Of a DNA stretch of 32,704 nucleotides, positions 25,740 to 32,704 are shown piece after piece. Where the stretch lies: IMG/VR virus record IMGVR_UViG_2778261231_000009, positions 1 through 32,704 of that record. The stretch is one strand, 5' to 3'. The stretch comes from a virus. Its lineage: Duplodnaviria > Heunggongvirae > Uroviricota > Caudoviricetes. The notes under the pieces are model-generated. The model ran no database searches. It saw only the letters and a program-made list of their open reading frames with translations, and had not been told where the DNA came from. Within the stretch, counting starts at the first letter, position 1. Every line of letters starts with the position of its first letter. The translations under genes and the position numbers were made by a program.

Positions 25740-26106
25740 AACTCACCTCCGTTAATGGGTGACGCTTACGGTGGATCGCAATCGACACGCTTTCCCAGTC
25801 CTGGTAAAGGAACAGCAGCCCTAGCTCACAGGCGCGATCAAACTCCCTGGTAGCGCCGGTGCTCTTTTCCCACCCGTTCAGCAGGAATACCGCATCAGCC
25901 TGCTCAAGCATGGACAATGTAATTTGCAGGTACTGCTCATGCTGCAGGCCGTCTGGAAGAATGGCCGGGTTGAGAACGGTGAAGCCGCGCTCTTCCAGGA
26001 TGCGAGCCTCAGCGTTGAATTCATCGCGGTTAAAGTTGTGATACCCGGTCATTGGACCGGCAATGAAAACCACTGGCTTACGCTCAGAATGTTTATTTAT
26101 ATTCAT
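25732..26106 (-). CDS. DUF4406-type protein (nucleoside 2-deoxyribosyltransferase-like fold)
   Basis: Internal start MNINKHSERKPVVFIAGPMTGY… with a GAGG Shine-Dalgarno; the KPVVFIAGPMTG…FNR…E…VLNP pattern is characteristic of this family. Confidence 0.6.
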   Translation of the reverse strand: MNINKHSERKPVVFIAGPMTGYHNFNRDEFNAEARILEERGFTVLNPAILPDGLQHEQYLQITLSMLEQADAVFLLNGWEKSTGATREFDRACELGLLFLYQDWESVSIAIHRKRHPLTEVSYA

Positions 26107-26272
26107 CAGAGAAACCTCACATGATTTTTCCAGCGGTTCTGTGCAGCGCTGCGTTTCTTCTTGTCGCACCACTCGTTGCCAGGCCGGGGTATCGTTGATG
26201 GCCAGCCTGTCATCGCTTTACGGTTACTGAATTTGAAAGGCATGCGCAGCAGTCTTCTTACTTTGCGGTTTG

Positions 26273-26533
26273 TCATTTGGCATCCGCCTCAGAGCGAAAC
26301 ATCATGATTGTCAGAGCGCCCTTTGTGGCAAGACGAACGGTTGTTCCGGGCTCAATGCTCTGCAGATCGAAAGCGTCGTACAACTCATCAACAGCCTTCT
26401 GGCGACGTGATGCCTTGCGGTGTTTATCCCACGATTTCAGGACAACAGATGTAAACCACTTACCGGCCTGGACCATGATGAATAGCCAACCCATGAAGGC
26501 GAGTCCGGTATTCAAAATTTCGGTGATGGTCAT
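26273..26533 (-). CDS. Small membrane protein (about 86 aa)
   Basis: Internal start MTITEILNTGLAFMGWLFIMVQAG… with GGGAG upstream; one transmembrane helix then a basic tail. Confidence 0.45.
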   Translation of the reverse strand: MTITEILNTGLAFMGWLFIMVQAGKWFTSVVLKSWDKHRKASRRQKAVDELYDAFDLQSIEPGTTVRLATKGALTIMMFRSEADAK

Positions 26534-26537
26534 TTCT

Positions 26538-26783
26538 CTATTCATCTCCCTGGTCGAACAAGATTCGCGAGTAACCCGCATTGGTAGATACTTCCAGCCA
26601 TCCATCACACCGTTCACCGGTTCTGAGATTTATCACCCGAGAATGCTGGTATTGAGAGCCTCGGATGTCTTCCAGTTCATCATCGCTGAAAAACATCGGC
26701 TCTCCGCAGTGAGGGCAGTAGCATCCGTAATCACCATCAGCGCGCCCAATTTTGTTAACTATGAGAATTTCGTTGGTAGCCAT
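26538..26783 (-). CDS. Small Cys-containing protein (C-x-C-x2-C … C), possible zinc-binding
   Basis: Internal start MATNEILIVNK… preceded by a strong AAGGAG Shine-Dalgarno; cysteines at GCYCPHCGEP and ERCDGW. Confidence 0.5.
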   Translation of the reverse strand: MATNEILIVNKIGRADGDYGCYCPHCGEPMFFSDDELEDIRGSQYQHSRVINLRTGERCDGWLEVSTNAGYSRILFDQGDE

Positions 26784-26784
26784 A

Positions 26785-27132
26785 TCACTCTCCTTTACCG
26801 GCAGCGGCAGCGCGTTCTGCGTCATACAGCCATGCATCAATCGGATTCAATGAGTTTTCGATTGGTGCCCCTCCTGATTGATACATCAGCTGCTTTGCAC
26901 GTAAAAACAGCTCGTTCACAGCTTCCAGCTCATCCAGCTGCGCCAGCACATTAGGGTCACTAACATCAACAACCGTTAGCGCGTTGGCACGAGCAAACTG
27001 GACATCAAGCGCTGTTGCCAGATTGCGAACCAGCGCGGCACACTCAGCGCAATGTAGTTCTTTCGCCAGCGCATGCCCGGCTGCTACGAGTTCTTTGACT
27101 GGCGTAGTTTCCAGTTGAGGCGAGATTTTCAT
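26785..27132 (-). CDS. Hypothetical protein (about 115 aa)
   Basis: Internal start MKISPQLETTPVKEL… with GGAG upstream; ATG overlaps the upstream stop. Confidence 0.5.
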   Translation of the reverse strand: MKISPQLETTPVKELVAAGHALAKELHCAECAALVRNLATALDVQFARANALTVVDVSDPNVLAQLDELEAVNELFLRAKQLMYQSGGAPIENSLNPIDAWLYDAERAAAAGKGE

Positions 27133-27848
27133 TTTGTCACTCCAATCTGTTCGCATTTATTAGCTGAACTGCTTACCGCGTGATGCAGCTGCGCATTGCG
27201 GCCAGCCAGATATCCCTCGTTTTCCGCCTTATCCGTTCCCCTGGCTTTGCCGGGTTTGCGCGGTTCCAGCTTTTTCATGCCTTCGCTTAATTTCCTGCTG
27301 CGGTAACACTCCATCAGCGTTGTCTCCGCCTCCGTAACAGCGAAATCACTGACAACGGCATAAGCACCGTTGACCCAGGCGGAACAGAAGGTATCGGCGC
27401 GGGCAACTTTTGTGGCCTGTTTGATGTTCTTGCGTAATGTGGAGAGGTAATCACGGCGGGCTTTCGCCAGTTGCTTACCCAGAACTTCGAATGAATATGC
27501 CGCTATCTGAGGGCGTTCGTCGGGGCCGTAATAGTGTATGGTGCGTTTTGCTGGCTTGCCCCACTGCTCAGCGCCATGGCTGGTGTAAAACTTCACGCCA
27601 AAAACGCGCGCGACCATCTCTGCCAGTATTGCCATATATTCCGGCATCTTCTCAGCATGAGAGGGGGCCTTCTGGGTAGAAGCTTCATTGATATCCATCA
27701 AATCAGCATCAGCCTCAGTCAGTTTGTGGGTTTCCATCAGGCGCTGAGCGCGGCTAAGGGCAAGTGCGGCTTCTTCGGCGCTGGAGTTATTACGCGCCAT
27801 CGCGAGCAGCTTTTTAATTCTCTGGATATATTTCTCTTTATTTTCCAT
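27129..27848 (-). CDS. DUF2786-type protein
   Basis: 239 aa; N-terminal …YIQRIKKLLAMARNNSSAEEAALALSRAQRLM… is the characteristic DUF2786 signature; AAGGAG Shine-Dalgarno. Confidence 0.7.
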   Translation of the reverse strand: MENKEKYIQRIKKLLAMARNNSSAEEAALALSRAQRLMETHKLTEADADLMDINEASTQKAPSHAEKMPEYMAILAEMVARVFGVKFYTSHGAEQWGKPAKRTIHYYGPDERPQIAAYSFEVLGKQLAKARRDYLSTLRKNIKQATKVARADTFCSAWVNGAYAVVSDFAVTEAETTLMECYRSRKLSEGMKKLEPRKPGKARGTDKAENEGYLAGRNAQLHHAVSSSANKCEQIGVTK

Positions 27849-27928
27849 TACAGAACTCCTTAATTCAGGCGTAAGCCACCCCCGGCAGGTTTACGCCATA
27901 TTTAAAACAGGTTTAATTAAAAGTTATT

Positions 27929-28120
27929 TCAGCCAGCAGGTATCAGCGATTTAATATTGGCGAAATAAGGTTCCTGATTTATTTCAACTACCGATACATC
28001 GCGGCAGTCGCGAGCCAGATCAACGGTGCTGACGACCTTACCACCACGTAAAACCGGATTCGGCTGATAAATAAAGACGCTACCAACCGGATATTTTTGG
28101 TTGAACTCTTTAGCTTTCAT
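27929..28120 (-). CDS. Hypothetical small protein (about 63 aa)
   Basis: Internal start MKAKEFNQKYPVGSVFIYQ…; no recognisable domain. Confidence 0.4.
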   Translation of the reverse strand: MKAKEFNQKYPVGSVFIYQPNPVLRGGKVVSTVDLARDCRDVSVVEINQEPYFANIKSLIPAG

Positions 28121-28334
28121 CCGAAATCCCCCAGCCGCGAGTAGCCGCGTTCGCGCAGAACTCCAGTCGACGAGTGGCCCAGAATCGACCGGAAGTGCCA
28201 CGAGCAAACATCAACGCTTTACCCCATAATTCAGCAGCCCTGGAATATTCGCCATTACGTTCGGCACGAATCGCGCCGGTGGCATAGCATCCGTAGTTGT
28301 TGCGAGCTGAATTTTCTTTAATCTTTCCAGACAT
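28110..28334 (-). CDS. Small protein (about 74 aa), possibly ANR-family regulator-like
   Basis: Internal start MSGKIKENS…; the pattern …RAERNGEYSRAAELWGKAL…RFWATRRLEFC… is, from memory, similar to small ANR-family proteins; unverified. Confidence 0.4.
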   Translation of the reverse strand: MSGKIKENSARNNYGCYATGAIRAERNGEYSRAAELWGKALMFARGTSGRFWATRRLEFCANAATRGWGISDES

Positions 28335-28335
28335 A

Positions 28336-28986
28336 TCACACCCCTGCACCTGCAATATCGAGGGCAATCGGACGATATTCATCCGAATCACCAACACGCT
28401 CATACACGCGGATATAAGAACGGCTACCGACGACCTGCACAGCCTCACCGATGGCCTGCATGGCTTGCTGCCAGCGATCATCATCAATTTCCAGACGACG
28501 AAGTGCCAGAACACGCCCGGTATTGATATTGCCTTCTTTGTCAGTATCAAACGCCTCATTGACCAGCGCCTTCAGCTCAGGACGGGCACCTTCTGTCCAG
28601 TCAGCGAGGCAGGTATCAATAAGCGCCTTTGCAGTCTGAATCCGCTCGTCCAGGGCGATTCGGTCCTGCATGGCTCGCTGGATTTTGAAACGGCCATCAA
28701 AGCTGTAGAGCGTGACATTACCTTTTTTACCGCCTTTGATGGCCCCGTATTTCTCCGCTGAAAGGTCGATAAATGCCTGAATATCAGCAAAGGCGCGTGA
28801 TTTCAGCTCACTCAGGGCAGAGGAAACGATAATCGCCTGCGTAACGAGTTCGCCAACGAGCTGGTCGCGGTCGCGGTCGATTTCTTTAATCAGACTGACA
28901 GGCGTCAGAACGCCGCGAGCATCAGTCCAGTATCCCTCTGGTGCCTGGGTGGTAGTGTATTGTTTGATGGTGTTTTCAGTGGACAT
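28336..28986 (-). CDS. DUF3164-type protein
   Basis: Internal start MSTENTIKQY…; 216 aa; resembles the DUF3164 family seen in early regions of transposable phages (recalled, not searched). Confidence 0.6.
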   Translation of the reverse strand: MSTENTIKQYTTTQAPEGYWTDARGVLTPVSLIKEIDRDRDQLVGELVTQAIIVSSALSELKSRAFADIQAFIDLSAEKYGAIKGGKKGNVTLYSFDGRFKIQRAMQDRIALDERIQTAKALIDTCLADWTEGARPELKALVNEAFDTDKEGNINTGRVLALRRLEIDDDRWQQAMQAIGEAVQVVGSRSYIRVYERVGDSDEYRPIALDIAGAGV

Positions 28987-29167
28987 TGGACTTCCCCTTT
29001 TTCTGAATTGCATGACGGATTTTTTCGTTAACATGGCCAGCCAGGCCATATCCCACAGTGGCTGCGACTTTCTGAGTCAGTTCACTGTCTTTGTCATCCG
29101 GAACAACCTGGCACTCCACACGGATACCGCGCGGTGCATCGGTTATGCTGATTACGACTTTTGCCAC
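28976..29167 (-). CDS. Hypothetical small protein (63 aa)
   Basis: ORF with overlapping neighbours in an operon-like array; no recognisable domain. Confidence 0.4.
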   Translation of the reverse strand: MAKVVISITDAPRGIRVECQVVPDDKDSELTQKVAATVGYGLAGHVNEKIRHAIQKKGKSNVH

Positions 29168-29179
29168 TTATTTTCTCCT

Positions 29180-29458
29180 TCAATGAATAGATTCTGACCA
29201 TACGACACGACAGCCGTCCTGGATGAAAAGGCCCTGGCGGTATTTACCCGATTTCCCCTGGCCATATTCGATGTAGCTGGCTTTACCGCTGCTGAGCAGG
29301 TAATCACACATGGCATGGCGCTGAATACGAATGACCGGCTGACCTTCCCGAACCACGATACCTTTCACTTCCACGCCACGGGCCTGGAGGGAAACGACGA
29401 CAGCTTCGGTACGATACAGCGCTGAAACCAGCGAGTTATCTGATGTTAAAGTCAGCAT
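29180..29458 (-). CDS. Hypothetical protein (92 aa) at the position of Mu kil (first gene after B)
   Basis: Position only; no sequence resemblance to a known family recognised. Confidence 0.45.
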   Translation of the reverse strand: MLTLTSDNSLVSALYRTEAVVVSLQARGVEVKGIVVREGQPVIRIQRHAMCDYLLSSGKASYIEYGQGKSGKYRQGLFIQDGCRVVWSESIH

Positions 29459-29478
29459 AAAACCTCCTTAAATCCGGA

Positions 29479-30372
29479 TTAATGGATCAGCATTTCAGCT
29501 ATCTGGTTGACGATATGACCGCTGACCGGAACATCATTCATCGCGCTGGTGCGGACCGCACCGCGCAGCAGCTTGAACAATCGGCGGGCGTTACCTTTTG
29601 ACGCATTGAACAGCGCTTTGCTCAGGTCTTCATTCAGGCCATCCGGGAGAACGCTGCTGGCGATGACGTCAATATCAGCACCCGGCAGGCTATGCCCGAG
29701 GTTGAGGGCGAAACCGACACGGCTATAGAGCTGTACGAGCTCACCGCGTTTGCCCTTGAGGTTCAGAATCAGGCGAGGCATACCAACCAGGACGATGCCG
29801 ATCCCCGTTTTGTCATGGATGCGGCGGATAGATTCCAGCGCACGCAGAGGGAGGTTCTCGGCTTCATCAATAATCAGCACGCGTCCGGAGTCGCGCAGCT
29901 TGTTGATGCAGGCCTCGCTGAGTTCGTGCATATTGCCGCGCGTACTGAGCCCCAGCAGGTTACAGAGCTCTTCCAGGACTACCCGTGCGGTGTAGCCAGG
30001 GTCTGCCTCAATCAGCAACGCATCCCGGTATTTGGAGACGTAGGCTTTGCAAATCATCGTCTTGCCCAGACCGGCTTCGCCGTAGAGCACGTTGATATCA
30101 CCTTCGACGTGTGCCATGCGTATAACATCAACGGCTTTGCGCGTTGTTGGGGTATCAACAAATTTGACGCTGATACGTGCCGAACGTTCTTTTTCATGCT
30201 GACGATCGATAAAGCTACGAATATCGTTTTCCAGCGATACAATATCGCCGTCGTATTTATTATTCAGATACTGGCTGATTACGGCCGAGCTCTTACCAAT
30301 GGCGCGGGCGACCTGTGTCTGGTTAAGACCTTTTGCTTTCATCAGTTCGACAAGTTCATTTTTAGCTGACAT
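29479..30372 (-). CDS. B: Transposition ATPase / target DNA activator (Mu B-like, AAA+)
   Basis: 297 aa; N-terminal HTH-like region (LNQTQVARAIGKSSAVISQYLNNKY), Walker A GEAGLGKT, Walker B-like VLIIDEAE; directly downstream of the transposase. Confidence 0.85.
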   Translation of the reverse strand: MSAKNELVELMKAKGLNQTQVARAIGKSSAVISQYLNNKYDGDIVSLENDIRSFIDRQHEKERSARISVKFVDTPTTRKAVDVIRMAHVEGDINVLYGEAGLGKTMICKAYVSKYRDALLIEADPGYTARVVLEELCNLLGLSTRGNMHELSEACINKLRDSGRVLIIDEAENLPLRALESIRRIHDKTGIGIVLVGMPRLILNLKGKRGELVQLYSRVGFALNLGHSLPGADIDVIASSVLPDGLNEDLSKALFNASKGNARRLFKLLRGAVRTSAMNDVPVSGHIVNQIAEMLIH

Positions 30373-30417
30373 AATTACTTCCTCTGTTTTAGTAAATCAG
30401 CGGCCTGTGATGTCCAG

Positions 30418-32475
30418 TCAGAAGGTCGCTTTTTTATTGCCCTGACTTTTCAGCCATTCTTCACGCTCTGATTCGAACAGGAACACATGTTCCCGAGCAT
30501 CATTAATACGCTCTGCGTCCGATGGTATTAATGCGCCGAAATCAGGGTACATATCGCTTTCAGGAAGCAGGCCTCTTGCCTCTGCTTCAATCTCTTCCCG
30601 TTGTTCGTCGATGCGCTTCAGACGACGCTGGCGACGTTTCTCAACGGCGATATCCATCATGCTGGTTGGCAGCGCGGCACGCTTATTGCCGTTCCAGATG
30701 GCGGTGCAGACATAAGTACCGTCCATGCGACGAACGATGACGGCAGCAGGGTCGTGAATGTCATAGGCGACCCGGACTTCCTCACCGTCGACCTGTATCA
30801 GGTCAGCGCTGAAATACTGGTTATTCATCAGGTCAATCCAGCCCCGCTGGGCGGTGCGGCACATTTCCGGCATGAAGGCTTCACGAAGCTCGATATCCGT
30901 CAGATATTCAATATCGTCACCCTCAGTGGCCAGAACCTCGCGGCGGTACTGTGCTGGCGTCATATGCACACCATTACGTTTTGGTAGCTCGCTGTGCTCA
31001 TGCAGGTTGTTGTATTTGTCGACTTCCTCAGCAATGGTATCCAGCAGCATCTGCCACGACGGCAATTTACGCAGCGCGTTACGCTGTACGCTCGTGAGTT
31101 CGCGCCCATTCTCCTGAGCCTTAATCGCTGACTGGATAGCGCGACCGGTCATCCGCACATGCTCACGGTCGGCCCCGAATCCATTGTAAGTATCAAATTT
31201 ATTGGCAATCGCTCTCGGTATTACGGCGTTCAGTCGTTCGATAATCCCGCGTGACTGCGGTCGACCCGGAATACTGGTCGGGTGATCAATACCCATGCGA
31301 GTGAAAATACCGGTGATATCAGCATCCAGCGTTTTATTGGTTTCACCGCCACCGTTATCCGAATAGACAAAAAGAGGTTTTCCGTGGAATTTCATGGCGT
31401 AGCGATAGGCATCCGCTACGGCGATGACGTTCTCTGAGAGCGCCAGGCTCCAGCCCACCAGGTAGCGGGTGCGGCCATCGATAACCAGCGTCAGTTCAGG
31501 TGTGAATGGACGACCATGGACCGGATGAGCAACTTTCATATCCAGCGATTTACCATCCGCAATCCAGCAACCATTTACTGGCATTTGTGACCAGTCACGC
31601 TTCTGATAAACCTCATAAGCCAGAGCCGCTGAACCGCTGATACGGCCGCGAGCGCGTTCACGTTTTGGTAGCTTTTCCATCGCCCGACGCACGGCATCAT
31701 AAGACGGACAGACGGCGAGCATCGCTGGCTGTCCCGCATAAATAGCCTGCCATTCAGTCTTGAATGAGCGCCACGCATCCACCAGAGAAGGGCCTGAGAG
31801 TTTCCGCCAGTGGGCGAGAAAATCAGGGAGCCACTTAATCTGCTCAGGCTTACGCGCTTTAAGATGGCCTGGTGCCAGCAAAGCCAGGCGTTCGATACCT
31901 GGACGTGTAGAAAGGTAAACAGACAGCCATTCCTGAAGTGTTCTTTCGCCCACGCCACGACGGCTGGAACCTTTACGCGCATTGGCAATATCAGCCGCAG
32001 CCTGGATGTTTTCCGGCAACGTGCCCTTGCGTGACTCTTTGGCGATGAACTCAACCGCCGATGCGCGTGACATACCGATATCCCGAAGACGCTCAACCTC
32101 TGCGGCTAATAATGCGCGGGCGTCGGCGATCTGTTTCTGGCGTTCGGTAAGGTCAGAGACCTCACGCTCCAGCAATACCGGGCACTGCCGCAATAACGTC
32201 AGTTCGTCGCGGGTCGTGGTGACTTCCCGCTTTGGTGCAGTCGGCGCTGATGAACAATCAGACTGTTTCAGCACCTCGCGATAATGCCGGGCTTTGACTA
32301 TTTCACGCGCCTGTTCAGGCAGGCAGTCGATGTGGTACTCGAATGCTTTGCTGCCAGCACGTTTGCGAACCAGTTCAGGGGAGTTGCCTGCACTTTTTTT
32401 AAGGCTGTATCGCAGTCCTTGTTGTGTTGTTGGCAGTCCAGGGACGCCAACTAATTCGTTAACAGTCACGAACAT
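30418..32475 (-). CDS. A: DDE transposase (Mu A-like)
   Basis: 685 aa; N-terminal DNA-binding region, central integrase-like catalytic core; resembles MuA; ATG overlaps the ner stop. Confidence 0.9.
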   Translation of the reverse strand: MFVTVNELVGVPGLPTTQQGLRYSLKKSAGNSPELVRKRAGSKAFEYHIDCLPEQAREIVKARHYREVLKQSDCSSAPTAPKREVTTTRDELTLLRQCPVLLEREVSDLTERQKQIADARALLAAEVERLRDIGMSRASAVEFIAKESRKGTLPENIQAAADIANARKGSSRRGVGERTLQEWLSVYLSTRPGIERLALLAPGHLKARKPEQIKWLPDFLAHWRKLSGPSLVDAWRSFKTEWQAIYAGQPAMLAVCPSYDAVRRAMEKLPKRERARGRISGSAALAYEVYQKRDWSQMPVNGCWIADGKSLDMKVAHPVHGRPFTPELTLVIDGRTRYLVGWSLALSENVIAVADAYRYAMKFHGKPLFVYSDNGGGETNKTLDADITGIFTRMGIDHPTSIPGRPQSRGIIERLNAVIPRAIANKFDTYNGFGADREHVRMTGRAIQSAIKAQENGRELTSVQRNALRKLPSWQMLLDTIAEEVDKYNNLHEHSELPKRNGVHMTPAQYRREVLATEGDDIEYLTDIELREAFMPEMCRTAQRGWIDLMNNQYFSADLIQVDGEEVRVAYDIHDPAAVIVRRMDGTYVCTAIWNGNKRAALPTSMMDIAVEKRRQRRLKRIDEQREEIEAEARGLLPESDMYPDFGALIPSDAERINDAREHVFLFESEREEWLKSQGNKKATF

Positions 32476-32476
32476 G

Positions 32477-32704
32477 TCACAGGTCCTTGTTGTAACGGCT
32501 TGGCCAGATACTGGCGGGTTCTAAATTGAGAGCATTTGCAATAATGCGCTCTCCTTTTGGATAAGAGCGTGCCAGCGCATTTTTCAGCGTGTCGGGTTTT
32601 AGTCCCGCGCTGGCGGAAAGGCCGCGCATAGTGACGCCACGCTTGTGCAGCTCGGCGACAATATCAATGCGATGCCAGTCACGCTGTACTTCATTTATTT
32701 CCAT
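32477..32704 (-). CDS. ner: Ner-like DNA-binding regulator
   Basis: 75 aa, same length as Mu Ner, with shared …RDWHR-D…L-K…GLS…TL-NAL-R--PKGE-IIANAL…IWPSRY… pattern; its ATG is the last three bases of the window. Confidence 0.85.
   Translation of the reverse strand: MEINEVQRDWHRIDIVAELHKRGVTMRGLSASAGLKPDTLKNALARSYPKGERIIANALNLEPASIWPSRYNKDL

Larger units (their letters stand above)
1..32704 (-). mobile_element. Mu-like transposable prophage, partial (both ends outside window); early and late genes on the minus strand
   Basis: Collinear with Mu gene order: Ner-like 75 aa, DDE transposase 685 aa, AAA+ B-like ATPase, GemA-like, Mor/C-like, lysis genes, terminase, portal, F, G, I, major head, sheath, tube, frameshifted chaperone, tape measure, N, P, baseplate genes, tail fibre and convergent assembly genes. 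Dense, overlapping, co-oriented ORFs. Confidence 0.9.

Noticed and set aside
26103-26276. Unlisted 57-aa highly basic minus-strand ORF (MTNRKVRRLLRMPFKF…) filling the gap between 26273 and the DUF4406-like gene
   Set aside because: Short, low-complexity basic composition, overlaps the DUF4406-like start and has no clear ribosome-binding site; kept only as a possibility.
30418-32475. Transposase as an insertion sequence
   Set aside because: It is flanked by Ner-like and B-like genes and a full set of phage structural genes in Mu order; it is the phage transposase, and no IS-type terminal inverted repeats are visible within the window.
1-32704. CRISPR arrays, tRNA/rRNA genes, integrase or attachment sites
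   Set aside because: No regularly spaced direct repeats, no tRNA-like cloverleaf candidates noticed, and the element is a transposable phage whose ends lie outside the window, so attachment sites are not expected here.

Overview
The whole window is one nearly complete Mu-like transposable prophage (Myoviridae-type), lying in reverse orientation so that almost every gene is on the minus strand. Read from high to low coordinates it is collinear with phage Mu: ner, transposase A, ATPase B (32.7-29.5 kb); a semi-essential early region of small accessory genes (29.5-25.1 kb); GemA-like and one Mor/C-family activator (25.1-24.2 kb); an AT-rich membrane-protein moron (24.2-23.7 kb); a lysis cassette (23.6-21.6 kb); terminase, portal and head genes (21.6-12.6 kb); tail and baseplate genes (12.6-1.6 kb); and a tail fibre plus two convergent tail-fibre-assembly genes that look like part of an invertible G-type segment (1.6 kb to the window start). 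The repressor and left end lie beyond 32704, and the rest of the invertible segment, its invertase and the right end lie beyond position 1. The most interesting signals are: (1) a conserved ~20-nt motif present three times, each about 40-80 nt upstream of the first gene of a late block (lysis, head gene I, baseplate gene V), with fixed 24-nt spacing to a TAnnnT hexamer and an inverted repeat at the start codon; (2) an AT-rich three-helix membrane protein sitting where Mu carries gene C; (3) an unusually long central G-I spacer with a small membrane ORF; (4) a dnaX-type A_AAA_AAG -1 frameshift site in the tail assembly chaperone; (5) a cluster of small unknown early genes. Product calls rest on recalled family resemblance of the translated ORFs, with no database search run, and coordinates of hand-mapped motifs may be off by 1-2 nt.
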